NCBI GenBank assembly: GCA_963422735.1
Contig: OY730476.1
Span: 1,376,001-1,440,000 of the forward strand
Length of the DNA stretch: 64,000 nucleotides
Reading direction: 5' to 3'
Origin: Candidatus Latescibacterota bacterium
Lineage (GTDB): Bacteria; Latescibacterota; UBA2968; UBA8231
The notes below the pieces were generated by a model. The model worked only from the letters and a program-made list of their open reading frames with translations, had not been told where the DNA came from and made no database searches. Shown in pieces: positions 8,985-20,290 of the stretch; position 1 is the first letter of the stretch, and each line of letters opens with the position of its first letter. A program made the position numbers and the translations under genes.

Positions 8985-10862
8985 GTGGAAATCCACCCCT
9001 TCGGCCTGTGGCCCAGCCCCCTCTCGCCCGACGAGTTGGCCAGCTCCACGCGCCTCCGCGATGTGGCTTGGGATACCGATGGCCGCACCCTCGTCTGGCT
9101 GGAGAGCCGGGGGCCACAGGGCGTACTCGTCTGCCAAGAGCCGGGCACTGCCCCGCGCGACCTCAACGCCACACTCTCGGTCCGCGCCCAAGTCGGCTAC
9201 GGCGGCGGCGACTTTGCCGTCGCCCGCGGCCACGCGTACTTCGCCGAGCACTGCGGTCGTCTCTACCGCCAGCCGCTAGCCTGTGGCCCAGCCCAGCCGA
9301 TGACGCCCCAGTTCGGCCATGCCGCGTCTCCTGCCCCTGCACCAACGGGGCGTCATATCGTGTACGTCCACAGTTACGAGGGGCGCGACGCGTTGGCCAT
9401 CGTAGATGCCGCCGGGGGCTTTTGGCCGCAAATCCTCGCGGAGGGGGCCGACTTCTACATGCAGCCAGCTTGGCACCCCAAGGGCGACCGTTTGGCTTGG
9501 ATCGAGTGGGATCATCCGCAAATGCCTTGGGACGGCACCCGCCTAGTGCTGGGCCAGCTTGTGCATAGCCGCCGCGGACTGCCCAGCCTGCGCACAACCG
9601 AAGTACTCGCCGGCGATGCGGACACCGCCATTGCCCAGCCTTGTTTTTCGCCCGACGGCTGCTATCTGGTCTATGCCTCGGACGAGCGCGGCTACAGCAA
9701 CCTCTGGTGCCGCGACCTGGCTAGTGGTGCCACGCGCTGCCTGTGCGAGGACGCCAACGACATCGCCACTCCCGCTTGGGTGCAGGGCCTGCGGACATTC
9801 GCGTGGGCCGCTGATAGCCGCACTTTGTATTTCGTGTGCAGCGAAAGTGCCCAGCGTCTAGCCTACGCGCTCGACTTTGCCAGTGGGGTAGTCTCCAAGG
9901 TCGAGGCGCTGGCCGCGTACACCCACATCGAACAACTCGCTGCAGCCCCGCGCGGCAAGGGCTTGGCCTGCATTGCCGCGGCTAGCGCGATCCCCGCTCG
10001 CATCGTCGCCGGTACTGCCAGCCAAATAGCAGTCCGCGCTCGCTCGGCCAGCGAGTTGCTTGCCCCCGCCGATCTCTCTACACCCGAGCCGGTTTCCTGG
10101 GTCAGCGAGGACGCCACGCAAGTCCACGGGCTATACTATCCTCCGGCCAGTCGCTGCTTTACTGGCCGTGGCCGCCCGCCGCTGATTGTCATGATCCACG
10201 GCGGCCCCACCGGCCAAGTCGAGACCGGTTTCGAGGCCACCAATCAGTTTTTTGCCACTCGCGGCTTTGCCGTCCTCGACATTGACTACCGAGGTAGCAC
10301 CGGCCGCGGCCGGGCGTACATGAGTGCCCTGCACACCCGCTGGGGCGTCCTCGATGTCGAAGACGCCATCGGCGGTGCCCAGCACCTCGTCGCCAGCGGC
10401 CTCGCCGACCCGAAGCGCCTCGTCATCATGGGCGGCAGCGCCGGTGGCTACACGGTCTTGCGGACGCTCACCACACGGCCCGGTTTCTTCCGCGCTGGCA
10501 TCTGCCTCTACGGCGTGGCCAACCTCTTCACTCTCGCCGCAGACACCCACAAATTTGAGTCCCGCTACCTCGACTCCATGATCGGCCCTCTGCCCGAAGC
10601 TGCTGAGGTCTATCGCGATCGCTCGCCGATCTACGCCGCTGACCAGCTACGCGACCCGATCGCCCTCTTTCAGGGGGCTGATGATCAAGTCGTGCCTCCG
10701 GCTCAAGCCGAGGAGATCGTGGCTTCGCTGCGCCGCCGCAACATACCGCACGTCTATCATCTGTACGAAGGTGAGGGCCACGGCTGGCGCAAGCCCGAGA
10801 CAGTGCGGGCTTTCTACCAAGCCTGCGAGGCCTTTCTCCGCCAGCACGTCCTCTTTGCTTAA
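8985..10862 (+). CDS. S9 family (prolyl oligopeptidase/acylaminoacyl) peptidase
   Basis: Beta-propeller N-terminus, IHGGP, GGSAGG nucleophile, QGADDQVV, GEGHGW. Confidence 0.92.
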   Translation: MEIHPFGLWPSPLSPDELASSTRLRDVAWDTDGRTLVWLESRGPQGVLVCQEPGTAPRDLNATLSVRAQVGYGGGDFAVARGHAYFAEHCGRLYRQPLACGPAQPMTPQFGHAASPAPAPTGRHIVYVHSYEGRDALAIVDAAGGFWPQILAEGADFYMQPAWHPKGDRLAWIEWDHPQMPWDGTRLVLGQLVHSRRGLPSLRTTEVLAGDADTAIAQPCFSPDGCYLVYASDERGYSNLWCRDLASGATRCLCEDANDIATPAWVQGLRTFAWAADSRTLYFVCSESAQRLAYALDFASGVVSKVEALAAYTHIEQLAAAPRGKGLACIAAASAIPARIVAGTASQIAVRARSASELLAPADLSTPEPVSWVSEDATQVHGLYYPPASRCFTGRGRPPLIVMIHGGPTGQVETGFEATNQFFATRGFAVLDIDYRGSTGRGRAYMSALHTRWGVLDVEDAIGGAQHLVASGLADPKRLVIMGGSAGGYTVLRTLTTRPGFFRAGICLYGVANLFTLAADTHKFESRYLDSMIGPLPEAAEVYRDRSPIYAADQLRDPIALFQGADDQVVPPAQAEEIVASLRRRNIPHVYHLYEGEGHGWRKPETVRAFYQACEAFLRQHVLFA

Positions 10863-10892
10863 CGGACTTTCCTAGAATAAGGACTGTTTAAT

Positions 10893-10945
10893 CAGTGGTT
10901 AGTGGTCAGTGGTTAGTGGTCAGTGGTTAGTGGTCAGTGGTTAGT
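10893..10945. repeat. Heptamer tandem repeat (C/T)AGTGGT x7.5, strictly alternating (14-bp higher-order unit)
   Basis: CAGTGGT-TAGTGGT repeated directly in the sequence, intergenic upstream of gatB. Confidence 0.95.
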
Positions 10946-11116
10946 CCCATCCGCCCCCTTGGCGGCGGGTACCGCCCCGGAACATCGACGCAGGGGACCG
11001 CGCTAGCCCGGACGAGGGCTACGGGCCAGCCGAGTGATACCGCCTAAATGAAACCTGAATCCCCAACCGTACACTAGGAAATTCCATTGTTTAAAGCTCG
11101 CCCAAAGGAGCGTCCC

Positions 11117-12547
11117 TTGCGCTACGAAACCGTAATCGGCATGGAAGTCCACGTCGAGTTGCAAACCGCCTCCAAGATGTTTTGTGCCTGTGCGGCCGAT
11201 CACTTTCAGGTGGCGGCCAACGCCCATATCTGCCCAGTGTGTACCGGCCAGCCCGGCGCCTTGCCCGCAATCAACGGCCGCGCGGTCGAGCTGACGGTCA
11301 TGGCCGGCGTGGCCCTTCATTGCCAAATCAAGCCCCGCAGCGTCTTTGCACGCAAAAACTACGTTTATCCCGACTTGCCCAAGGGCTACCAGATTTCGCA
11401 ATACGAGCAGCCCCTGTGCGAGAGCGGCTGGATAGAGATCGACGGCGCGGGCGGCCCCAAGAAAATCGGCGTCGTCCGCGTCCACCTCGAAGAGGACACC
11501 GGCAAGCTCCAGCACACCGGCCGCGCCAGCCTGATCGACTACAACCGCGCCGGCGTGCCGCTGATGGAAATCGTCACCGACTCCTCGCTCCGCTCGGCCG
11601 ACGAGAGCTATGCTTACTTGACCCAGATCCGCCAGATCGTTCGCTACCTAGGCGCGTCCTCTGGCGACATGGAAAAAGGGGCCATGCGCTGCGAGGCCAA
11701 CATCTCGATCCGGCCTGCGGGCAGCCAAGAATTGGGCACCAAGGTCGAGGTCAAAAACCTCAATTCCTTCCGAGCCGTGCGCAGCGCCATTGCCTGCGAA
11801 GCCGAGCGCCAGCAACGCATCGTCGAAGCCGGCGGCCACGTTCGCCAAGAGACTATGGGCTGGGACGAACGCGCCAATATCACCCGTCCGCAGCGCAGCA
11901 AGGAAACCTCGGACGACTATCGCTACTTCCCAGAGCCAGACCTGCTCGTCGCGGACTTAGACGACGAGTGGATCGCCAGAGTCCGCGCCAGCTTGCCCGA
12001 GCTGCCCGACGCCAAAGCCGCGCGCTTTGCCACCACTTACGGACTCAACCCACAGGAGATAGTCGCCTTGATCGAGGACCAAGCCGTGGCCGCGTATTTT
12101 GAAGAGGCTGCACAGATACAAGGCGCAGACCCCAAGCAGGTGGGCAACTGGATCACCGGGGAAATTTTTCGCCGCCTCAACGCCGAGGGCGGGTCAATTG
12201 AGGACGTCGAGGTTCAGCCAGCCGCGCTCGTCGAGTTGCTCTCCTTAGTCAAAAAGGGCACGATCAACCAAAACGCGGCCCGTGAAGTCTTTGACCAACT
12301 GTGGGAACAGGGCGGCTCGCCCGCCGAGATTGTCGCCGCGCGCGGGCTCGGGCAAATCTCCGACAGCGGGGAACTCGACCAAGCGGTAGCCGAGGTGATC
12401 GCCGCACATCCCGACGTCGTCGCAAAAATCAAGGGCGGCAACCACAAAACCGTGCAATTTCTGATGGGTCAAGTGATGCGGGCGACGAGGGGGAAGGCCA
12501 ACCCGCAGCTCGTGCAAGAATTGTTGCGCAAGCAGCTAGATATCTAA
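11117..12547 (+). CDS. gatB: Asp-tRNA(Asn)/Glu-tRNA(Gln) amidotransferase subunit B
   Basis: [58 protein letters not shown]; TTG start after AAGGAG. Confidence 0.97.
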   Translation: MRYETVIGMEVHVELQTASKMFCACAADHFQVAANAHICPVCTGQPGALPAINGRAVELTVMAGVALHCQIKPRSVFARKNYVYPDLPKGYQISQYEQPLCESGWIEIDGAGGPKKIGVVRVHLEEDTGKLQHTGRASLIDYNRAGVPLMEIVTDSSLRSADESYAYLTQIRQIVRYLGASSGDMEKGAMRCEANISIRPAGSQELGTKVEVKNLNSFRAVRSAIACEAERQQRIVEAGGHVRQETMGWDERANITRPQRSKETSDDYRYFPEPDLLVADLDDEWIARVRASLPELPDAKAARFATTYGLNPQEIVALIEDQAVAAYFEEAAQIQGADPKQVGNWITGEIFRRLNAEGGSIEDVEVQPAALVELLSLVKKGTINQNAAREVFDQLWEQGGSPAEIVAARGLGQISDSGELDQAVAEVIAAHPDVVAKIKGGNHKTVQFLMGQVMRATRGKANPQLVQELLRKQLDI

Positions 12548-12589
12548 AACGGTGCGACGAAGAGAAGCTCGCGTTTCTGCACGACCCCC

Positions 12590-12625
12590 TGCTTCGACGG
12601 CACTGCGCTCAGCGGAGTCGAAGCA
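12590..12625. repeat. REP-like inverted repeat between convergent genes
   Basis: TGCTTCGAC...GTCGAAGCA 9-bp arms, containing GCTCAGCGGAGTCGAAG. Confidence 0.45.
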
Positions 12626-12647
12626 TCTATATGGTACACAGCGAGTC

Positions 12648-13790
12648 TCAAAATCTCGGCGTCTGCAACGCGAGGTCGCCAATTTTCTTTAACGGCAGGG
12701 CCGTTATATCCTGCGCGAGCGGGTACTCCAAGTCGCCGGGATAGATCACTCACAGGTGCTCAAGCCCTAAATCCTCAATGACGATGCGCATGGATTTGGT
12801 CGTGCGCGGGGCGTCAGTGCATTTGAACTCAAAACCCCAGCGTTTTCCCCGTCGCAGCAGCAGCAGATCCAACTCGGCACCGCGTTGGGTGGCGTAGAAA
12901 TAGGCTTGGTCCTGACCGTGTGCGAGCAACGTTTGTTCGAGCGCGAACCCCTCCCAGCTAGTGCCGTAGCGCGGGTGCATGGCCAGTTCCGCCATGTCTT
13001 CAATCCCCAGCAGGAAGTGCAGAATACCGCTGTCGCGCAGGTACACCTTCGGGGACTTCACCATCCGCTTGCCCAAGTTCTCAAACCACGGCAGCAGCAC
13101 CCGAATCATAAAGGTACCGGCTAGCAGATCGCGGTAGTGGTTCACCGCCGTGGCGCTCACATCCATGGAACGCCCTAGTTCCGCAGCATTCCAAGTTTGC
13201 CCGTGGTAGGCCCAATGCTTCCGGCGACACCTTGGAACCCAAGCTGGGGATGTCCCGTTCCAGAAACGTGCGCGTAAACGACTGCATCCACCGCTTCCAA
13301 GCCGCCGCCGACCGCGCCAACCACGCACGTGGAAAGCCACCGCTCATCCAGAGCCGATTCTGATGCTCCGGCCCCACCTCTGCCAACGAGAAGCCGCCCA
13401 CATCCACGAACAGAAGCCGCCCCGCCAGCGTCTCGGAGATGCCTTGGATCATGTCCCAAGAGGCACTGCCGAGCAGCAGAAAGACGGCCTTCCGATTCGG
13501 ATCGTCGCACGCCGGGCGCAGTACCTCGAACAGGAACGGGAGGCGTTGCACCTCATCGATGACGATCAAACCCTCGCTGTTGCGCAATAGGGTTTCCGGC
13601 GTTTGCGACAACGCTTCGCGGACGGTCGCGATCTCCAAGTCGAACACTGTTGACCGGCCCGGCCATGCCGCTGCGACTTGTTGCACCAACGTCGTCTTGC
13701 CGACCTGCCGGGTACCGAGTAAGGCCACAGTCGGTGCCTCTTCAAGACTGATAGCTGCCCCGGAGAGCAGGGCCGAGCGGGGAATAGATT
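12648..13790 (-). pseudogene. AAA_14/DUF4143 ATP-binding protein, disrupted
   Basis: GTRQVGKTT, IDEVQR, LLGSAS, GGFP, then a frameshift at ~13215; KSPKVYLRDSG, WEGF, ELDLLL; TGA at the conserved Trp of HL(W)VIYPG at 12750. Confidence 0.85.
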
Positions 13791-13886
13791 ATTGCATATC
13801 GTTTATATACTATTTGATTTTCGACAAGAATACCCTATTCCACAGATAGCGCAATGGCCCGGGAGTCCTCAGACAAGATCCATTGA

Positions 13887-14340
13887 CACGGCTTATCTAT
13901 CCGCGCCCGCCTCGACCTCACCCAAGAGCAACTCGCCGAGCGGCTCGGCATCTCCTTCGCTAGCATCAACCACCGGGAGGGTGGCGCGAGCAGGCAGCAA
14001 AAGGCAGCACAAGAGGCCATCGCCGCACTCGCTGTCGAAGCGGGCGTTGACGCAGCCGAGCCAACCGAAGCGGCCGGGCGCGTGACGCAGCGGCGGAAAG
14101 GCAAAGGCCGGGCGGCCGGGCCTTCGACCAAGCCCATGGAACAAATGCTGTGGGATGCGGCCTGCTCCATCCGCGGCGAGAAAGACGCCGCCAAGTTTAA
14201 GGACTACCTGCTGCCGCTCCTATTCCTCAAGCGGCTATCCGATGTGTTCAACGACGAGATCCAGCGGCTAGTCGAGGAATACGGCGACCGAGACATCGCG
14301 CTGGAAATCGCCGAGGGTGAGATTCGGGTTATTTATCTTG
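13887..14340 (+). pseudogene. hsdM: XRE-HTH fused to type I RM HsdM N-terminus, truncated
   Basis: Open frame [24 protein letters not shown] (HTH, start codon lost) runs into [36 protein letters not shown]. Confidence 0.8.
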
Positions 14341-14483
14341 ACCTGCCTACCATTACCATTGAAGGAGCCGAGTGCTCCAATAAATAGAGGCTGAGCAATG
14401 CGAGATGAGTTCGATAATGGCAAACTTGCGATCTCATCATGGACACTGTCCAGCATGGTGCAGCCGTCTGATATGGAGACAAC

Positions 14484-14742
14484 TTGAAACTAACGAAAGT
14501 CCGTATCACCGATTTCCAGAGCATTCAGGATTCAACCGAATTTGGTATCGATGATGCCATCTGTTTGGTTGGGAAGAACGAAGCGGGAAAGACCGCCCTT
14601 CTCAAGGCTCTGTACCGTTTGAATCCCATCGTCGAGGGAGAAGGGCACTTCGATACCACCGATGACTACCTCCGCTGCTCGGTGAGTGATTACGAAGACG
14701 ATATTGCGGCTGGAAATCGCGAGCCGGCCACAGTCGTCATTG
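14484..14742 (+). pseudogene. N-terminal fragment of OLD/AAA_15 ATP-dependent nuclease
   Basis: MKLTKVRITDFQSI...LVGKNEAGKTALLKAL; truncated after ~85 aa. Confidence 0.72.
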
Positions 14743-15440
14743 GTGAAGCTGCGACCCAAATTCAAGAAAGCGGATGCGAATCCGCAGATCCTCATCGTCA
14801 CCGACAAGCTGCTCACAGGCTACGACGCGCCGCTCTTCTACTGCCTGTATCTCGACGAATCCATGTGCGACCACGTGCTCCTGCAAGCCATCGCACGCGT
14901 GAACCGCCCTTACGGTACGCAAAAACGGATCGGCCTCGTAGTCGATCTTGTCGGCGTACTGCGCGAACTGAAAAAGGCATTGCTGTTCGACTCGTCTGAC
15001 GTCAACGGCGCAATAGAGGACCTCAATCTCCTGCTAAGCGAGGTACAGGAGAATCCTGCCCAAGAGGGGCCCTGACGTGGTGCTGCGAAGCGCACCAAGC
15101 TCGGACGCGGCCTCCGGCGGGCAGTCGAAACCGAGCCGGACCTGGTGCCAGTGCTGCTGCTCTTAAAGGAACGCGCCGAAAGCATCCTGAAAGAACTGGA
15201 AGCACGAGACAACGGGCTATCGCCATGCGCGTTCGCCGTCCATTGGGCACTGAAGATCGCTGGCATCGCCATCATGGCGTTTCTCGACCGCTTTCCCAAC
15301 GCGGCCGTCAACGCCGATGAGCAACGACGGCGGCGCACGGCCCTCTATGTCCCGTTGCTGCAACTGCACCGGGACAAACGGAGCCGCGTCGTAGAGCACA
15401 CCCTCGGCATTTTGAAAGCAAGCCGCCTGACGAACGGCGC
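14743..15440 (+). pseudogene. hsdR: Type I RM HsdR C-terminal fragments
   Basis: [15 protein letters not shown]...LYLD...[14 protein letters not shown], followed by broken C-terminal pieces. Confidence 0.8.
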
Positions 15441-15449
15441 GAGGTCATG

Positions 15450-15660
15450 CGCGAGCGCGGCGCCTCTTGGACGCGGCGGCTGAAGGTCCAGCGCGTACAG
15501 CGCATGACGCGCAAGAAAGGCCCGTGTTCAGCCGCGGACTCGCCGATCAGGACTTAGGCTTCCAAGAACTCGTCATTGTCCACGAGCTGCTGCACCTGCG
15601 CGTGCCCGCTGTTCAAGGCCTTGCTGACGGCCCACGTGCCCGCTTGGCAAACGCATGCTG
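15450..15660 (+). pseudogene. YgjP/M48 metallopeptidase remnant (usual hsdR neighbour)
   Basis: FQELVIVHELLHLRVP (HExxH). Confidence 0.6.
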
Positions 15661-15661
15661 C

Positions 15662-18600
15662 TCAGCGCACCAAGGCCAAGCGGCCCACTGCGACAAACGA
15701 ATCCGCCACCAAGCGATAGAAGTAAACCCCCGAGGCCACCACCCGCCCGCCTTGGTCGCATCCATCCCAGACGAATCGATAGCGGCCAGCCGCTAACGCC
15801 CCATCCACGAGGTGGCGTACGGGCCGGCCCAGCGCGTCGTAGAGCACCAGCGCGACCGAAGCTGCCTTTGGCAGGTCAAACGACAGCGCAACCTCGGCGT
15901 TGAAGGGGTTAGGATAGGCCGGATGCAGTGCAAAGTCGGCGGGCAAGACCACCGCCTTGGACGCTCCTTCCTCCGTGCGAAACGGCACCCACGCCACCGC
16001 GCCCTCGATCTGCGCGGCAATGGCCGCGCTGTCGGCCCCGCTCCAGTAGTTGTCTTGGGCATCCAGCTCCTCGGTGCTCAAGTTCTCAATGGCCGTGGCG
16101 TTGTTGGCAAAGGTGTTGCCACGAATCGCCGGCGGCACCTGCGGCCCTTCGGCCCGGATGGCTACCGTATTGTCCGCAAAGCGGTTGCCGACGATATGCG
16201 GCGCAGAATCCACAGATTGGAGCGCTGGGGTCCCGCGGACAAACTCGCTGGCGCGAATTTCCAACGACTCCACGCCGGCTAGCTCCAAACCCCGACCCCC
16301 GACAAACGAACTCATCTCAATCACCCCTCTCGTCCCCAGCCCCAAGCGCAGGCCCGCAGTAACATGGGCCCTAAACGTCGAGTTCCATATCTCCACCAGC
16401 GATCCGGCGATTTCGGCACCGGCGCGCAGGTTGCGCTCGACCAGCACCTGTGCAAGGACCAAACGCGCCGCACCCTCGGCGCGCAGGCCATCGCCTTGGT
16501 TGCCGACGATGCGGCTGTCGTGCAATTCCACTTCACCTAGCCACTCCTCCAAATCCATGCCGTGCGCAGTGTTTTGCTCAATCTGCGACTTCCACATCTC
16601 GATGCGTTGGCCGCGGCCGCCTATGGCCCGTACCCCAGTCCGCGGGTCGTCCGGGTCGAGGCGACCGTTGTCGATTATGGCGACGCGGATGGCCTCTAAG
16701 GATGCGTTGTTGAGCAGGATCCCCTCTTGGCCGTTGCCCTCAATGGTGACGTTCCGCAGCGCAAGCTGTCCACTGCCAGCGATGAGTACGGCCGGGCCGG
16801 CGATGGTGGTAAATTCGGTCCGATCTACCTGTGCTTGGCCGTTGAGCGTCAGCCGCAGGCCATTGCCGCCGCTTTCGCGCACCGCGGAGTCGGCTATGCG
16901 CAGGTTCGTCTCCTCGTCAATCTCGCCGCTAAAGGCAAAACCCGTACGCGTTAGCTCGGCGTGCTGCACCTCAACTTGAGCACTTGGCAGCACGCGAATG
17001 CCATACCACAGGCCATCGTTGTCCGGACCGGGATCAGTGCTTAGCTGCGCCCGCTGTCCGGCCACCCCTTCAATCGTCAACGCGCCTTCCACGATCAGTT
17101 CGGCGAAGTCCGGGGACACGCCGCGGCGGCTGAGATCAAAGCGAGCAAAAGACACGCTGCTCGGGCCAATGTGCAGTTCGGACCCGGCCGGCACCAGCAA
17201 ATCCGCGTACACGGCCCGCTCGTCCAGCCACTGCGTTCGCCCCGGAGGTAAGCGGAAGCCGACGACCCCGCGATGGGCGTGTTCAATCGCGATGGCCCCT
17301 AAATCGACCGCTTGGCCGTCGAGCAGGTAAATGCCCGACCAATCCGAGGGGCCGGTGCGCATCGCCCTCGACGCAAAAGAGGCGCCCGCTCCGATTTTGA
17401 GATCGCCATAGACGATCAGCTCGCTGCGGTCTGGATCAAACCCCGTGCCCTGTGCATCGCCGCGGGCGAAGCGGATCTCCGCATCGGCATCAATGGTCAG
17501 CGTTGCGCCCGGCACCACGACCACGTCCCCGTCCAACTCCACTCGGCCCGTCCACGTCGCGTTGCCGCCAATATGGCCGGTGCGTTGTTCCCGGACCACA
17601 TCGACGACCATAACTGCGCCGTGCGGGCGGATGTTGTCTATGGCCACGCCCAACGGCAAGTTCCGCGCAAAGCCCGTGTGCCCGCTGAAGGCCGGATTCG
17701 TGTCCCAAGCGAAGCGGCGAAAGCGAATGCCGTCAAAGGGGTCGGTCGCATCGCCCTCGTTGCCATTGTGCGCCGAAGAGTACGCCGAGTCCCGCGCCCA
17801 AAAATCGAGATTGTCCAGTCCCTCCACGGTATCGGGGTCGCCGCCGGGAAAACCTCGGTCGGCAAAAAGCCCATCGGCGCAGACTAAATCGACCTGTTTG
17901 TGGCGTTCCTCGTCGTTGTCTGCCTGTTCGTCTATGTGCCAGATGAGCAGGCCGTCTTGCGGGATATGGCGGTTGTAGTACGAGCCGTCCGCGCGCCGGT
18001 GTTCCAGCAGGAAGTACTCATCTTGGCTCAGGGGAATTTTAAACACCTTCCGGTCGCTGAAGATCTCCCCGATTTCCAGCCCCTCGACGCTCCCTTGCAC
18101 TTCCACCACCTCCACCCAACCGAGGGTGGCCAGCGACCAAGCTGAAAATGCGTTGGGGCCATCTCCCCCGCCCCAACCCAACGTCCCTCGGCCCATGATT
18201 CCCCACTTGCCAATGCCCGCTGAATCGTCCTCCGGGTCCAACTCGGCCGCGATCAACGCCGTCTGATCGAATAGATCGGGCAACCCCAACACATGCGCGA
18301 ACTCGTGGCACATCGTCGAGGCCGTGACGCTGAAGGTGTGGCCCCGCTGGGTGGTACCGCTAAAACCTGTGAAGCGACTCCGCACCTGCACAAAGCCGCC
18401 GCTGGCCGCTGGATCGCCGCTGATGTAATCGGTGTCCAGCCCCAAGCTGGCGATACCAGTGGCCACGCCAACAAAAAAGTCGCGGGGCGAGGTATGCAGG
18501 TTGATAAAGACGATATCGACGTACCCGTCGTCGTCGCCAGAGTTGGGCACTCCGTCGGGGCCGTCGTTGTCAAAGAGACCTAAGTCCATGTCTGCATCCG

Positions 18601-18985
18601 CTGCAGTGAGGATCTCCAAATTGAAGCGCCCGAATTGGCCCAAGCTTCCTGGGATATCGGCTAGATAGGCCTCGGCACGCTCACGGGAGCGATAGCGCCG
18701 AGGTAACACTTGGCCATCAATGTGGAGCCGTCCGTCCGACATCCCGCGGTAGAAGTGGGCAAAACTGCCGGGCAACTCGGCGTCGAAAAGGTCATTCGCC
18801 CACAAGGGGGCCGAGTCTCCGGCCCCCTCGTCTGCAAACTGCGCGAAGATAACCAGCGCATTCAGATGCTCCGGCGTCTGCACAACCTGCTGCGCTGCCG
18901 ACTCCAACGCCGCGCAGGCAAATTCAGCCGCTAGGGCTTGGGAAGGGAGGAAGAGGAGGAGGAAAAGGAACAATCGCTGCGTCAT
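15662..18985 (-). CDS. Secreted M6-family metalloprotease with beta-helix region and C-terminal FlgD-Ig/T9SS-like domain
   Basis: Signal peptide, DNDGPDGVPNSGDDDGYVD, CHEFAHVLGLPDL, WGIMG, parallel beta-helix repeats, YPNPFN...WDG...ASGVYFYRL. Confidence 0.9.
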   Translation of the reverse strand: MTQRLFLFLLLFLPSQALAAEFACAALESAAQQVVQTPEHLNALVIFAQFADEGAGDSAPLWANDLFDAELPGSFAHFYRGMSDGRLHIDGQVLPRRYRSRERAEAYLADIPGSLGQFGRFNLEILTAADADMDLGLFDNDGPDGVPNSGDDDGYVDIVFINLHTSPRDFFVGVATGIASLGLDTDYISGDPAASGGFVQVRSRFTGFSGTTQRGHTFSVTASTMCHEFAHVLGLPDLFDQTALIAAELDPEDDSAGIGKWGIMGRGTLGWGGGDGPNAFSAWSLATLGWVEVVEVQGSVEGLEIGEIFSDRKVFKIPLSQDEYFLLEHRRADGSYYNRHIPQDGLLIWHIDEQADNDEERHKQVDLVCADGLFADRGFPGGDPDTVEGLDNLDFWARDSAYSSAHNGNEGDATDPFDGIRFRRFAWDTNPAFSGHTGFARNLPLGVAIDNIRPHGAVMVVDVVREQRTGHIGGNATWTGRVELDGDVVVVPGATLTIDADAEIRFARGDAQGTGFDPDRSELIVYGDLKIGAGASFASRAMRTGPSDWSGIYLLDGQAVDLGAIAIEHAHRGVVGFRLPPGRTQWLDERAVYADLLVPAGSELHIGPSSVSFARFDLSRRGVSPDFAELIVEGALTIEGVAGQRAQLSTDPGPDNDGLWYGIRVLPSAQVEVQHAELTRTGFAFSGEIDEETNLRIADSAVRESGGNGLRLTLNGQAQVDRTEFTTIAGPAVLIAGSGQLALRNVTIEGNGQEGILLNNASLEAIRVAIIDNGRLDPDDPRTGVRAIGGRGQRIEMWKSQIEQNTAHGMDLEEWLGEVELHDSRIVGNQGDGLRAEGAARLVLAQVLVERNLRAGAEIAGSLVEIWNSTFRAHVTAGLRLGLGTRGVIEMSSFVGGRGLELAGVESLEIRASEFVRGTPALQSVDSAPHIVGNRFADNTVAIRAEGPQVPPAIRGNTFANNATAIENLSTEELDAQDNYWSGADSAAIAAQIEGAVAWVPFRTEEGASKAVVLPADFALHPAYPNPFNAEVALSFDLPKAASVALVLYDALGRPVRHLVDGALAAGRYRFVWDGCDQGGRVVASGVYFYRLVADSFVAVGRLALVR

Positions 18986-18994
18986 GAAGGATGC

Positions 18995-19660
18995 TCAAAT
19001 CGCCCAATCAAACGGCAGATCACTGATGTCGCGCAACGTAAAATGGTAAATGCAGTCTATGTCGCCAGTGCCATAGGCCAGCGACGCGATTCGCCCCGGT
19101 AATGGTTCGCCAACAACGACGACGATGTGCGGCGTCCTCTCCTTGCGGTTGTGCATCAAGTTCAAACCTTCCGTCCGTGCGTTTTGCGAGCGGTCGCTGC
19201 GAATCGTCCATTTGCACGAAACGCTGGCGTACAAAATATCCGCTTGCGAATTCGCACTACGCAAAGGCGTATGCGTGGCTATTTCGCCTTTTCCCAACAA
19301 CACGTCGTTTTCATCGATCCTCCGCAACACATAGGACAAATGCTGGTATTGCCCGTAATCGCCTATATTACCGCCTAGCGAGAATTCCCACTCGCCCGGA
19401 CGCAGATGGGCTAGCAGTCCAAATGCGTCGCGCAGAAAATCCTTGGTCACCTCCTCGAATCGGTGGCCCGCCGTTTGTCCGGCTAGTCTTTCCGTCTTCA
19501 CTGGGAACCCGATAAGGTCAATAATTCCCCTGCCTATTCTGACGCTTGCCGCGCTCCCGCTATCGGCATTGTTGGGCACACCAGATTCGTTTTGGCGCAG
19601 TACCTTGTCGCAAATCTGGCGATAATATGCGTTTCTCAGTCCTTTGATCCGGCCCGACAT
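18995..19660 (-). pseudogene. NgoMIV-family type II restriction endonuclease, internally deleted
   Basis: NADSG, GQTAG..FE, QYQHL, ASVSCKWTIRSDRSQNARTE.LNL, PHIVVV.GEPLP.RIASLA.GTGDID; the PD segment appears missing. Confidence 0.8.
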
Positions 19661-19990
19661 TGCGGTTTCACCAAGCCAATCACGTATTCTTCGTGCATCC
19701 TCTGTTCAATCTGCGTGTGTCGTTTGGTCCCCCAGCACACTGACATCATGCGTTTGTCGCAATCCAAGCGGCGGACGCCGATTCCGGCCAAGCCAGACGC
19801 TTTCGCCAATGGCAGCGAGCCCCTTTCGCGTCTCGACATCCATGTTGCGCAGATGCGAGGTCCCGACGACAATCACGGTCGCCTTTCCTTTTTTTAAAAC
19901 CCGCTGCATCTCCGCAATCACAGCGTACATCTCGCCGAAATACTGGCGCAAAAATACCGCCTTTTTCGATTTGCATAGCTGATCAATTAT
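19636..19990 (-). pseudogene. DNA methyltransferase C-terminal remnant
   Basis: LRQYFGEMYAVIAEMQRVLKKGKATVIVVG...RMHEEYVIG directly upstream of the REase. Confidence 0.62.
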
Positions 19991-20290
19991 CGAGTCCACG
20001 CCAAAGACTGCGAGGTCTTGACGGGTAACAGTGAAGCCTTTGTCCAGCAGCGAATAATCGCGAGTCATCACGCCGCAACAGGCGGTCACTTTGCCATTTG
20101 GGTGGATGGTAATAGCTGAGAATATATCTCCGCATATGCTCTGGACGCAGCTTTCGTCCACGAGAATCATATCTTCTTCTTTGATGTGGTTGGGGCTGTA
20201 CGCAAAAACAATCCGGGCCATGACTAGCCATCTGCAAGGGACCTGTTCTCATGGAGATACCGAAAATAGGCACACTAGTAGGTTCCCGCC
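19991..20290 (-). pseudogene. Radical SAM SPASM/twitch-domain fragment
   Basis: CGDIFSAITIHPNGKVTACCG Cys pattern. Confidence 0.5.

Noticed and set aside
10893-10945. CRISPR array
   Set aside because: 7-bp tandem units without spacers; no cas genes or repeat-spacer pattern seen in the window.
12750-12752. Alternative genetic code (TGA=Trp) or Sec
   Set aside because: The gene has other lesions, many intact genes end in TGA, and the site is a Trp position; an ordinary nonsense mutation.
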